Source: Octopus sinensis (Eukaryota). From it: a stretch of 64,000 nucleotides of DNA. Of the stretch, positions 49,646 to 63,399 are shown piece after piece; the first letter of the stretch is position 1; each line of letters opens with the position of its first letter. Under the pieces are notes generated by a model. That model made no database searches. It had not been told where the DNA came from and saw nothing but the letters and a program-made list of their open reading frames with translations. The translations under genes and the position numbers were made by a program. The stretch spans positions 3,534,001 through 3,598,000 of the forward strand of contig NC_043016.1 in assembly GCF_006345805.1 (NCBI RefSeq). The letters run 5' to 3'.

Positions 49646-51829
49646 GAAATATCTAAAATATAATCAGAAATATTTAAACAATATTTTTAAGATATAAATA
49701 ATATAATAATTTTACTTATAATATACTCTATTATCAAACTAGAAACATAGAACTAAACAATTATGATTATATCAAAATCGACTATAATGTTAAATATTAA
49801 TTTTAATTTATAAGGTAGGAAACCAACCCATAATCTAATATCGGTATTAGTCTATATCTAATTACATAAATATTTAAAAATGACTAATATATATAAATTA
49901 TCAATGAAAATATATAAATGTATATAAATATTATAATTAAGATCTAAAATAATCTCTATAAATAAATGTATATGCACATATAATAAAAACCTAATAAATT
50001 AAGTTTTCATATTTAAAGATGAAATAGCTAATTTCAAAATACAAATAAACAAACTTAAACGAACTTTCGGAAATCTTATGTAAAATACTTATAGAAATAA
50101 TCAATTCGTAGTAATATAGTATCGAATAAATACTATAAATACTATAAATATAATTATCAATGGGAATAACTAGCGAATATCAATTTAAAGAAATAACTAA
50201 GTTATGCTATTAAATTAGACATGGCCTAGACCAATCTTTAGTCGAAACATATCTAAGTTTATCAAAGTTTATCTAATTTAATTATAAATTTAAAACTACA
50301 ATTAATACTATTAAAACATGTATATACAAAAGCCTAACTTAATACACCTCGTATGCTTGCTATCAAATAACAAATCTAAACTTAAATTTAATATCTAATA
50401 ATATAAAAAATTACGATAATTAGATCATTACATAAACAACGATATTTACATAATGAGAATATTATTACTCCAAAGATTTATACAATATTGAAATTTACAA
50501 TTTGAAGATCTTAAATAAATACATACTTATCTTAGCGAAGTTTAGCAATGAACTAAAATTTTGAATCGGAAAACGTTTTTACAGCGTTTATAAGAATACT
50601 CGTAGAATTACGTTATTAGCAAAAAAAAAAGAATAAATTGTTGAAGAATTCATTACGCGAGAGGAACCTACGTTTTATTAATGATTGTGAATGGGAAAAT
50701 TATTTGTTTATCATTGTAAATAGAATGAATTCACAAATAAAGAAAAAATCTCTCTATACTATAATATTTATTAATAAAATAACTATGATAAATGAAACTT
50801 AATACAAAATAAATTAAATGATTTAAATGATTAAAAACCACTAATTATTAAATATATTCTAAAAAGCTTATAAGATTAATAAATATATATAAAAATTTAT
50901 TCATATAGTAACCTCTCAACATACTATAAAGTCTTTCCCATGCCCTTATAATTATAAGCTAAAATTAGTGATCATAACAAAATCTATAAATACTTATCAA
51001 CATTTGTAGTATAACTATACATTCTATACATAAATATATTAAAAAAATATACATACATATACATATATATACATATATATATATACATACATATACATAT
51101 ACATACACATATACACATACATACACACATACATACATATACATATATACACACATATATACACACACTTACACATATGCACACTCATACATACATGTAC
51201 ATACAATACTCAATATATACACTTACACCTATATATACACACCCACACACATACACATAAATAAATGTATATAAATATACATATATATACACACACATCA
51301 TCATATATACATATATACATATCCACACAACCACATATATCATATAATAAATACATATATAAATGTCTATAATCATACTACAATACAAAATAGAGGTAAA
51401 TATTAAGTTAAATCTAAATAATTAATCTACTAATCTATACTTCTATATTAAATAAAATAGATTAAATAAACAACTAAATAAAACTATTTCAAATATAAAG
51501 AAATTACATACAAATAGATTAATATAACAAAAATTATAATTTAACGAAGTTATAGCAGAAATATAACAAAATATATAAAATAAATAAAATTGTAACTTAC
51601 CAGACTCTATATTCAATAAACCATTAAATATTTATTAAAAATATATTTAGCAATAAAATATTTAGTAATAAAATGGACAACTATATATAATCTAACTTTA
51701 ATTAAAAACGGAACCTAAATAACTAAAATAGACTAATATAATAAGTACTACAAATCACCTGCTATATTTAGAATACTATTACATAAAACAACAAATAGGG
51801 AGCTAATTAATGCTAAGAAATATTCATTA

Positions 51830-53979
51830 TTAATCAATAAATTTATTATATAAGTAAAGTAACTTGTGTCTGCATTTTATTTTGCGCTCATCACAGTTAT
51901 TCAGTAAATTATCATGCTTATAAAATGAAATTTCCTTAAACTCATTAGAACATAAATAACAAAAATTCGCTCCTATACTATATGATTTAGTTTTACTAAT
52001 TATTTCCCAAGATAAATTATAATTAGTATTTTGGGATTTAAGTCCCAAATGTATTTACTAAATCCAGTGGAGTTAATTAAGTTTTTATTTTTAAATGAAT
52101 TCATATGTTGTGTGATTCTTAATTTTATTTTAGAGGAAGTGGACCCTATATATATCGCGTTTGAGTTATTATTATTATTATTATTCTTACCATGTAATGT
52201 AACTATACGTTTATACACTACATCGTTAATGTCACATTTATTATTTAATTTACATTTAGTTTTATCTCTACATGTACAGTTAATTAGTGTCTTATCTTTA
52301 TTATTGATATTATTATATAATTTATTTTTATAAAAATTATTCAGTTTAAATTTGTTAAAAGAAGAAATAATGTTACCTACACTATTAGTGGTGGAATAAC
52401 CGACTCCAAAATTATTACTAGAGAAAATGTTTTTATATTTACGATTATCTCGAATAAATAGTTCAATAATATATAAAATCTCTTTAATAATGTTCGTTTT
52501 AACTTGAGCACCATAAGGAACTATTAACCAAATTTTATTCTTATTTTCCTTCTTATTATTAAATCTGTCATTATTATTGTTATTATTATATTTCTTTATC
52601 ATATTATTATTATTATTATTATTAGATTTAAATTTATAATTAACATTTAAAGAATCATTAAAGTTATTAATTTTATTTTTATTTTTATTCTTAATTTTAT
52701 TTATATTATTTTTATTTTTATAATTTCTAATATTATTACCACTATTACTAACAAAATTATTATGATTATTTTTAATATTTTTATCTCTAATATTATTAGT
52801 TATATCTTTATTTTTAATAAAAAATTTAATATTACTATTATAACCTGCCTCTCTAAGGGCCTCATTGTAATAAGGAGCATGTTTATTAAAAATCTCTAAA
52901 TCATAAGAAAGTAATGATATACGTTTACTTATATTATTAATCAACGATTTTTTAATTGATGGTGGGTGATTACTATTAACATTTATATATCTAAGGTTCT
53001 CATTCAGTTTATGATATGGTTGTGTTTTACCTGTAATTAGATTAAAATTAACATCTAAATAATTAACATTAAAATTCTCATTATATATAGTAATACTTAA
53101 ACCATATCTTTTAAATAAACTATAAAGTTTTTTCTTATATACTTCTAGGTTCCTATTACTGCAATTCTTAGTAATTAGTAGAAGGTCATCCCTATATAAA
53201 CCACCCTCTATTTTTAAATTTTCTAATTGGAGTTCAGATAAAAGATAAATACCTACTAAATCCGTAGCTTGTGCAGAATCAGGTGCTCCCATAGGTATAT
53301 CAAAAAAGTCCCTAGTATCTTTCCTAGCCCATAATTTATTTTTATATTTAATAAACGATTTCCTAGCCATTTTAATTACATTAACTTCTTCAAATGTCAT
53401 TCCCACTTTATTCATTGCAAAAATAAGCACAATTTCATTAATAGAAGAATAGTAATTATCTATATCTATTTGAATAAATTTATGTCGATTTTTATCTTTA
53501 ATATTATTAAACCATTTCAAAGTATTATCATTACTAAACCATAATTTTAAGTAATTAAGTTTATTTAATTTATTAATATATTTATCTAAAATAAGTTTAC
53601 TCAATTTACCAAGGTCAGATTTACATGGACAAATTAATCTAACTTTAGGGTCTGAATAAAAATTATCTTTATGGTCTTTCAGAGTAATTCTAGGGTGCAT
53701 AGGTACATAAGTTTCAGTTTTATTATCAAACTCATAGTTTATTATTACTAATTTAGAGGCCTTATTAGTACTATCTGGAACAATTTTATATTTTTTAATT
53801 ATTTCTTTCTCTAAAAGGTTATCATATAATTTAACATCCAATTCATAGAGATTCCTAGTTTTATCAGATTGTACAATAATACCATCAATATTTCTCATTT
53901 CTTTAATTCTAATTGCTAAATTTCTTAAATATTCATTATTTCTGTTTGGGTATTTATGAAATTTAATGTTTTTCACCAC
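51830..53979 (-). CDS. PLE reverse transcriptase + GIY-YIG endonuclease (659 aa plus about 70-aa C-terminus after a 1-nt frameshift at about 52038)
   Basis: QSDKTRNLY; KVRLICPCKSDLGKLSK; IQIDIDNYYSSI; MGAPDSAQATDLVGIYLL; GLYRDDLL (53185-96); VNYLDVNFNL; CTCRDKTKCKLNNKC; VVY..IYIGST..KLRITQH..SF..STGFSKYIWDL; CYLC..E..LLN..E..CRH. The frame stays open upstream to about 54020, so the listed start is not a true initiator. Confidence 0.92.
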
Positions 53980-54020
53980 CTTCCAAATATTATCTTCTAG
54001 TATTTGTAATTCTCTATTAA

Positions 54021-54051
<31 letters not shown>

Positions 54052-54349
54052 TATATATATATATTTATACTATATTTCCCATAAACGGAGTGTATGTTTC
54101 TAGTTGATTCGGTTGCAGAGAGTTTCCTTTTTTGTACTCATAAAGCATTATATGCCTTGAATGCTCTTTGGATACTTCCATGTTAGAAAGGATTTTAATG
54201 AAAGAAATTTTAATTCTGTTATTCTATAAAATAATTTTTAATTAATTTAAATGTACACTAATGCACAAAAATAATTTTTAATTCCATTAGACATTCTAAA
54301 ATAACCCTTTTAAAAAAGGTAAAATCGGACAGAACTTATGAGATGACCT

Positions 54350-54868
54350 CATAAAAATGTCACTTTTCTCTTGAATATTCTAGTCAAATCTGACAGAACG
54401 ATCCAGGCTAATCGACCTGACATAGTCATTAAAGACTCGGAAGAAAATACTTGTAGACTAAATAGATGAAAGTGCTCCCATTGATAAAAACATATCAGTA
54501 AGGAATTTGACAAATTAAGTAAATATAAGGACCTGGAAATTGAAATGGAAAAACTGTGGCATCTTAAAGAGAGAACTGTTCTTATTATTGTAGGTGCCCT
54601 AAGTATGATTAGAAATGGATGTCAGAAACATCTAGATAACATCCCAGGAGAACCACGTCTCAGAGAAAATCCAAACGATTGTGCTGACAAGCACTGCCTA
54701 CTTCCGTAGAAAAAAAACTTATCCATTTATTTTATTACATAAAGATCTTAATTACTGACCCTGCCACTTCCAATCCCCAAGCTTTCAGGCTTCACTCGCC
54801 CTAGGATGCTGGGCGTGACTTGGCGTGTAATTGTAATAAAAGTGCAGATTAAAAGTAAAAAAAAATAA
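54350..54868 (+). mobile_element. R4/Dong 3' fragment (endonuclease + 3' UTR)
   Basis: DRTIQANRPDIVIKD..KLSKYKDLEIEMEKLWHL..IIVGALSMI; 3' UTR CCCTAGGATGCTGGGCGTGACTTGG. Confidence 0.85.
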
Positions 54869-54870
54869 TC

Positions 54871-55138
54871 CTTTCTACTATCGGCACAAGGCCTGAAATT
54901 TTGGGGGAGGTGGATAGTCGATTACATCGAGACCAGTGTTCCGCTGGTACTTAATTTAAGGATGAAAGGAGAGGTAACTAGTCGATTACATTAACGCCAG
55001 TGCTTCACTGATACTTAATTTATCGTGCCAAAAGGCAAAGTCGACCTCGGCGGAATTTGAACTCAGAACGTAGCGACGGGCGAACTACTGCTAAGCAGTT
55101 TGGTCAGTGTGATAACGATTCTGCCAACTTTCCGCCTT
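54871..55138 (-). mobile_element. SINE family B with internal duplication
   Basis: Head AGGCGGAAAGTTGGCAGAATCGTTATCAC; TAGTCGATTACAT..CCAGTG..TACTTAATTTA occurs twice. Confidence 0.85.
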
Positions 55139-55140
55139 AA

Positions 55141-55520
<380 letters not shown>

Positions 55521-56251
55521 AAGTGAAAAATAAAATTATAAAATAAAGCATTAAAACATGATGCTCAACAACAAAATGCACATGTGAAAATCCATAGAAA
55601 CCACAACAGCCACAGAATACAGCATCGTCAATTACTGCAGCATCACAATCATTAACGCATCCATCTCTGTCATAAATAGGTCCAGCAACACTACGACAAC
55701 AGCAACAACCGACGAAAAGAACCCCCAGCCATAACTGCAACAATCAACGACACAAACACAAAACTCTGAGCGAGGAGGAGGACCAACATAGAATTAATGG
55801 CCCCTTCCTAGTACGAAGAAGGATGGACATCGTGAGGGGAGATGAGATCTTAGGTACCAGCACCGTTCGAGTCCCAGAAACACTGATGATGGTGTGTAAG
55901 CAAAAACATTAGGGTAATATGCGCTGAGGCTGTGATACTCCAGGTATCAAGGAACTTTTCTCGGTCTCCGCTAAACCCAAAACTGTAGCTCCATTAATGA
56001 GACAAGCTTCAGAAAATCCTGTGTGAGAAAAAGCGACCACACTTATTCACCTTTCACTAATTTGTTCAGTAAAGCATCATTTTCAATCAGCGTATCCGAT
56101 TTAATATAGGCATTGTTGATTACATCGATACAATTACATATTTTATTATTTAGTACGTATGGTGTGCATATGTATTTCTTACATCAATTCCAGCAATTGG
56201 ACAGAATCAATGCCAGAATAACTTTTGGGGAATAGTAGCTTATATTGGATC

Positions 56252-56252
56252 C

Positions 56253-56298
<46 letters not shown>

Positions 56299-56347
56299 TA
56301 ATAATAATGATAATATAATACTACAAATAATAATAATAATGATAATA

Positions 56348-56413
<66 letters not shown>

Positions 56414-56448
56414 TAATAATAATAATAATAATAATAATAGTAATAATG

Positions 56449-56506
<58 letters not shown>
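56252..56506. repeat. (TAA)n tract at the 5' junction of Dong
   Basis: Direct reading. Confidence 0.95.
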
Positions 56507-56509
<3 letters not shown>

Positions 56510-57790
56510 CATAGAATGCACCACCCTAAGGCAGATACAGAACGAATTTATCTGCCAAGAAAAGAGGGAGGCCGTGGTCTTTTGCAACTGGCAATAACAA
56601 TGAAGATTGCTACAATTGGCCTAGACACCTACCTGAAAAAGTCTGAGGACTGGATGTTAAAACTTGGCTCAAAACATGAAAACAAGAAAGCATCATACTC
56701 AGTAACAAAACAGGCAAAGCAATATCTAAGTGAATTCCGAATACAACCAATTTCGGAATTAGAGATAGACATACAAGAAACAAGCACAAAAAAAGCTAGG
56801 CGCATGAAAACCCGTGCCAAAACTGCGGCCTTAGATATTCTGAATAATAAATGGCAAGAAAAACCTCTCTATGGCAAATACCCAAAGAGAGCGAATAATG
56901 CAGATATTGACAAAGCTCTGACCCATCAATGGCTAATGGCCTCTGACTTAAAATCTGAAACAGAAGGGTTTATCATAGCAGCTCAAGATCAATGCCTACC
57001 AACAAGAACCTACCAGGCCAACATATTAAAGAACGGCAGTAGCCCAACATGTCGTGTATGCCGACAACAAAATGAAACCATTGATCATGTTGTCTCCAAA
57101 TGCAGTCTTCTAGCGCCCACAGAGTACCTCAACAGGCATGATAGAGCTGCACTGGGTAATTTGCAAAAACCTGGATTTGCCCCATGAAAAAACTGGTGGG
57201 AACACAATCCACCTCCAGTGCTTGAAAATGCCCACATCTCACTCCTCTGGAACTTCACCATTCAAACTGACAGAAAGATAGATGCAAATAGGCTAGACAT
57301 CATATTGAACGACTTCAGACAAAGAACATGCCTCCTCATTGATATGACTGTCCCAATCGATATAAACGTATCTGTCAAGACCTACCAAAAACTGAGCAAA
57401 TATAAAGATCTTGAAATAGAAATCAGCAAAATGTGGAACCTGAAGACTAAAACAATGCCTGTTGTCATAGGTGCCCTTGGAATGGTAGCGAAAGGGGCTG
57501 ATTACTACCTAACTCAGATACCAGGAAACCCCAAAATGGCAGAAATTCAAAAGATAGTGCTCATGGGAACTGCTCATATCCTACGCAAAATACTCTCTAT
57601 GTGATCCCAAGGTTTAAAACAAACTTTTTTTTTAAATTTATGTATTAGACATTCACTAGTACAACACCACAAAAAACCCCCCAAAGATATGGCACACTAG
57701 GCATAACAACAACGTGAACTTCCAACCTGTTGTCTCTTGAAGTCTCTGGGTGAGACTTGGGGTCAACTTGTACAGACATAAAGCAAAAGT
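56507..57790 (+). mobile_element. R4/Dong 3' half (distinct subfamily), fairly young
   Basis: MHHPKADTERIYLPRKEGGRGL; WQEKPLYGKY; CRVCRQQNETIDHVVSKC; small deletion after RHDRA; DANRLDII..LIDMTVP..KLSKYKDLEIEI..VIGALG..GTAHILRKILSM*; TAA tail. Confidence 0.93.
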
Positions 57791-57795
57791 CAAAC

Positions 57796-57878
<83 letters not shown>

Positions 57879-57902
57879 TAATAATAATATAATAATAATA
57901 AT

Positions 57903-57933
<31 letters not shown>

Positions 57934-58466
57934 GTGGCTCTCAGGGCTTTTGATCTTAACTGATTGGAAGTGTTAACATGTACATTGTTTTGTCTTGGTA
58001 TAAAAGATGGGCTCCAGCAAATATTCTGCTCAATACCACTGATTTGCTTGTCAGTTGTTTGACCTTAAACAGTTGACCATGTCCCTTAGTGGCTGACCAT
58101 ATGTGCATTTCTGATCATGAGTAGAAATAGTGTTGGAGCATCATAGCCGTGTGTTGAAAGGAAATCTTAGAGGTTTGGATAATTCACCTTTGGAAACATG
58201 GGTGTTTCGTTCAACATCCTTAACCAATCCTTATTCAGGGACCATTTGAGCGGGATGGACTACTCAACCAGAAGAAAATTCTAACTGGGCCCCAGCTACA
58301 AGGTCATGTGCTGTTTACCTTGATATGTGATCACCATATCGCGCACATATGGTTGTGATGCATGTGCCTGGTGTACCCTTATCAGACGGGTAGCCATGAT
58401 GGGTATTCTGGGCTTCGTATTTTTTACCCCAGTGTCACTTTGATGGCATGTATTGCTCTCTCACTC
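57934..58466 (+). mobile_element. 514-bp non-coding element, copy 2 (about 19 bp longer at the 5' end)
   Basis: Homologous to 28810-29323; TAA/CAA upstream, TAA downstream. Confidence 0.85.
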
Positions 58467-58488
58467 AATAATAGTAATAATAATAATA

Positions 58489-58585
<97 letters not shown>

Positions 58586-58619
58586 TATTATTATTATTAT
58601 TATTTATTAGAGAGAATAT

Positions 58620-59030
58620 GTGTCAAGTGAACTTGGGTAGAACTTGAACAGAAAGTTGAAACATAAGCGAACCTCTGCGAAACCAGTTATATTTCTGTGG
58701 CCCATTGTTTTTGTTGCTATCTCTGCTATGCTTTTTAGTTGATAGTCAGCCGATATTGGTCATAGATCTCCATCTACAATATATCACCTGCACGTCCAGT
58801 TCAGGCACAAATAGTTACTTTGATTGGGTCTATCACCAGTATTTGGAGGCTGCCCTAGCAGTAGCCGTTTTAAAGATACTGGATCGCTAAAAAAGAAGTG
58901 ACAACTTTTCGGTGGTTAAAATAAATGACCACACATCGAAATCGTTTGCCATCGCACGCTCTGCTCATCAAGGATGGCCACTCTCGACCCTGTTGTAAGC
59001 GCCAGTTCTCGAGCCATTGTTAATGAAAAA
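58620..59030 (+). mobile_element. L1/Tx1-clade LINE RT fragment
   Basis: YFDWVYHQYLEAAL resembles AFDRVDH.YL; ARSAHQGWPLSTLL*APVLEPL resembles RSVRQGCPLSPLLY..LEPL. Confidence 0.6.
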
Positions 59031-60344
59031 GTGTTTGTATGTGAGAGTATGTATTCCTGTTTGTGTAGGAACTAAGTTAAAGAGTATACAGGTTAAAATG
59101 AATAAAGAAAGATAGAAGAAAGATGGAGACAGAGACTGACAAAGAAAGGCAGTGACGGAGTACTACTCTAAAAGATTCTATTAAAGAGAAGGTACAACTA
59201 TAAATATACTAATTTCCTTTAAATTCTCTGAAAGTATATACCCACACACACACATATATACACCAATACATATATACATACACACACACACATATATATA
59301 TATATACACACATGTGCGCACATACACGCACACACAAGTATATATATATGCATATGTCTATATAGCTGTTTACACGTGTGTTTGCTTGTACGTGTGCCTG
59401 TGTGTACCTATGTCCGTCTGTGTATAAATATGTGTGTATGTGTGTGTTTGTGTATGTATGTGTGTTTGCAGCATTTTGTTTGTTGGTATGGTGGCAAAAG
59501 GTTCGTAAGTTGTATGCCTGTGTGTATACTTATGTATGCATGAATGTTATGGTTTCCAGCTGCGATTGAACCTAATTGAGCAGTGACTGCCTTATTGACA
59601 CCAGACAGAGACAGCTTTTTGAAATGCAAAGCCAGTAATCGCTTGATATCAAACTCAATAAGTTTGTTAAACTTGTCTAACCCTTATTTGTTATTTAATA
59701 ATGTTTTTTAACATTGACATGAATCCATTATGTCTGATGGGGAAGAAGGAGTATATTCTACTAAATCACTCCCCTGCTACTTAATATTTTGTCTATATAA
59801 GACTGAGAGGGAATGTTGCCTTGACCCAGGCTGGTTATGAACTCAAAGCATAAAGAATCGGAATGAAATTTAATTCCGGCATTGTCCTACTTTGCAACTT
59901 CACCGTTAACATGTACGGGTCGAGGGATGTGCGAAGTCGATTAAATGAATCGCCATGTGAGACTAATTTCTCAATCAAATGAATGAAAAATGATTTGTTG
60001 ATGAGAAAAGAGATATTGATGATTGTTATATTCGAAAGTACAAAATACAGAGAATAAATTTGTATAAATTGCTTCGATGGAAACATAACACTAATCAAAC
60101 AGACACCTTCCATGTAATTAATTTAATCGTGAAAAGCAGACATCAAATATTTCTCTGCTCATATTATACTCTATTTAAAAAAAAAAACAGAAAAAGAAAA
60201 CGATGCACTGGAGACAACATAATCTTAAATATACGATGTTTGGGCGAAATATAACCGGATGTCAACGGTGAAAATGCCTTAGTCTGCTTGATCAGGGCTG
60301 ACTAGGGGCAAAACAAGGTAAAGAACATCGAAAATAACAATTTC

Positions 60345-60431
60345 AACTACTACTACTACTACACTACTACTACTACTACTACTACTACTACACTACTATT
60401 ACTACCACCACTAATATTACTACTGCTGCTG

Positions 60432-60480
<49 letters not shown>

Positions 60481-60572
60481 CACTACTATTACTACTGCTA
60501 CTACTACTACTACAACTACATGGTTAAGCATTTCCAACACAGATAAACACACACACGCGCGCAAACATACGC

Positions 60573-60609
<37 letters not shown>

Positions 60610-60712
60610 AGAGAGAGAGAAAGAGAGAGGAGAGAGAGAGGGAAGAGAGAGGAGAGACATACATACATACAGACAGACAGACAGACACAGACAGACAGAG
60701 AGAGAGAGAGGC
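60345..60712. repeat. (CTA)n, (GA)n and (CAGA)n tracts
   Basis: Direct reading. Confidence 0.9.
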
Positions 60713-61569
60713 GCATATTAAATGAAATTTAGCAGTGAGTACCAGAGCTAAAATATATTTCTGGCGATCTTTAGCGGAGGATGTTCATGCAAAAGAGTGA
60801 ATGTAACGGTAGAAAGCACCAACACATAACGACACAGTGACATAAGGAAGAGGAAAAAAACGGCATTTGAGGGGCTGCTGAAATATTGCCCGAATTCTTT
60901 CAATTCGGGAAAAAAGTGGTTAATGGAAAAGGGTACTGTTGCTGTAGATATCGTTCGGCATTTTTGATATTAAGGGGTTTTCTTCGCTTCAAATATCAGA
61001 TCAGTACTTACTATTGGCATCGTTTTATTCGGGATCAACTGGCATACTCAGTCAGCTAAAGTGCAAGAAATCTGAGACAGATTGAATCTAGTTTGTCGGA
61101 AATGTCACCAGAGGCAGTTCATTGTACTAAATGTAGTTTGTGAATTTCTTGAGAATAACTAAACATTTAGTGTTTCTGCTCCTTGTGTTTCTTTCATATT
61201 AGTTTTCTATTTGAGTATTAATGTTTTTATAATATATATAATATTATGTGTGTGTGTGTGTGTGTGTGTCATCTACACAGTTACCATAGAAATTATAGCC
61301 AGCACATATTTTGTCACGGCGTTTCGTATCTGAGACGTACGATGTAAACAAACAACCGGGCGCGTACGCCATATTTCGGAAGTTTTTGTCCCTTCATCTA
61401 CACCCACCTAACCCCTTAATCCTCCACGAACACATTGCTTAGATAACCACCAAATACAGCGGTGTAATATTATTGGATAGACCAATTTTATATATTAAAT
61501 ACATTCCTGGAAGCTGATACGTCAATATTAATGTCTCGTAATGACACCCAAGTCATTAATATACTTTCG

Positions 61570-61850
61570 TTTTCTAGGCACAAGATCCAAAATTTTGAGG
61601 AAGGGGGCCACTCGATTAGATCGACCTCAGTACGTAACTGGTACTTAATTTATCAACCCTAAAAGAATTAAAGTCAAAGTTGACCTCGGCGGAATTTCAA
61701 TTCACAACGTAACGGATGACGAAATACCTATTTCTTTACAACCCACAAGGGGCTAAACACAGAACGGACAAAGAAGGACAGACAAACGGATAAAGTCGAT
61801 TATATCGACCCCAGTGCATAACTGGTACTTATTTAATCGACCCCGAAACG
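61570..61850 (-). mobile_element. Two adjacent or nested SINE family B pieces
   Basis: CTAGGCACAAG..GTTGACCTCGGCGGAATTT (61570-61725), then CCCACAAGGGGCTAAACAC..CGACCCCGAAA (61735-61848; tail as at 39430). Confidence 0.8.
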
Positions 61851-62189
61851 TATCAGCCACCAGTGTGAAAATAGTTTCAATACAGAGCAAATAATTCAGG
61901 AGAAAATATTTGCGAAGATATTATTGATTCAATTATTATATAGTGTAACAATTAAAAATGATAATAATAATATATATGTGCGCGTATGTGTGTGTATGTA
62001 CGTATGCATGTTTAACACGTAAAGGTAGAGATGGGAGCGATGACCTCGCCTCGCACATAGTAATGGCACACAGAATGTGTGTCCTTAACCAATTGGAAAA
62101 GATGTCTTCCTGGAGCTATATATGTCAGTATCACTGTCCCGTGTAGGACGCCATACTTGGTTGGCAGTTTTATATATATATATATATAT

Positions 62190-63000
62190 ATATTGCAAGT
62201 TTAAAAAAAATCCATGATCAACACATTGAATAAGATAAATTCAAAGGAACTTAAAATAGTAAAGGATTTTAATAATGAGAATCGAACTGAATCTTACGAA
62301 CTAAGCTCATAAAACAGCTCATACACCTAATTTTTAACAAGAAAATTTCACTAAGATTTATTCACCCTTCTAAATCAGATATCGGTAGAGTTTGTATAAA
62401 AAACAAACCCTAGCTATCTATCTTTTCTCCTAACTTTGGACTGATTCTTTAAATGTAATTGTCTGGTTTATAAAGTTAAATGACTAAATGAACATGAAAT
62501 TTCTACAAACTGATCTTAATTATTATTTATCTGAATGCAAAAGAAATTGCTATTATTCTAGAAGCTAGAAAAACTATTATACAGTAAAATGTGACAATAA
62601 ATGATACACTCCTAAAGAGCTACCTGATAAATTTGATATTGCTATGGGGTCTAGAGACACCACAGATATCACGGATCTAATAGTAATATATTTATTATTC
62701 AATATTAAGTTATAATTCCATTCAATTCTTGGAAGATTATATCTTGATGATGTGCTTTTCTTTTATAAAAACAATAAACTTGATACGGAAATAAACAAAA
62801 ATTAAATCATAATTTTGTTTAAAAAAGTTAGCTTTCCATTGCTACAGGTTCTAACTATAAAACTGCTGAAATGTTAGATATTTCGGTCAATCTAAATAAT
62901 GGTTTATATAAATCATATTATAAAATTAACGAAAATTTACAATACTAATAATCATAACACTCCAACGATAACACTGAATATGATTGTAAGTACCATACAC
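62190..63000 (+). mobile_element. Decayed Naiad-like PLE RT fragment
   Basis: RFIHPSKSDIGRV; KFDIAMGSRDTTDITDLIVIYLL; GRLYLDDVL; VRYFGQ/LDV-like; parallels the 52-54 kb ORF. Confidence 0.7.
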
Positions 63001-63059
63001 TAAATAATATCAATATCATTGATAATAACATTGATAACAATAATGATAATAATTAAGAA

Positions 63060-63345
63060 GAGAAAGTAAACAACTATGATGATTTGAAGTGGGAAAAATG
63101 AAGGTTGTGGTCAATGAAGAAAGTAGACGTGATACGAATAGTAATTGGTGCACTTGGAAGTATCAACAGTCAACTACCAACATGGCTGAAAAAGATTGGT
63201 GCAGGTGTGAAGGTAGAACACCTATAAAAATCAGCATTGCTTGGAACTGCAAGAATTCTTTGCATGGTTCTTGAAGCATGACCAGTAAACAAGTGTCCCC
63301 TTTCCATCAAACCCAGCAAAATAAGCTGTGAGTGTTCATCATTTA
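63060..63345 (+). mobile_element. R4/Dong 3' end fragment
   Basis: EKVNNYDDLKW..RIVIGALGSI..SALLGTARIL..VLEA*; TAA tail. Confidence 0.8.
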
Positions 63346-63399
63346 ATAATAATATTAACAACAACAACAACAACAACAACATATATACTTAGATACTTG

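Larger units (their letters stand above)
49441..54024 (-). mobile_element. Penelope-like element (Naiad-like), 5'-truncated, very AT-rich, with long 3' region
   Basis: ORF 51830-54020, then about 2.3 kb of AT-rich sequence ending in a hammerhead-like motif and (TA)n. The 3' extent is inferred. Confidence 0.75.

Noticed and set aside
51830-53979. Selenocysteine recoding in the Naiad-like ORF
   Set aside because: No in-frame TGA interrupts the ORF; the break is a frameshift; no SECIS identified.
61300-61545. Telomere-like CCTAACCCCTTA and a possible MITE
   Set aside because: One degenerate unit only; the putative TIRs match too poorly to call.
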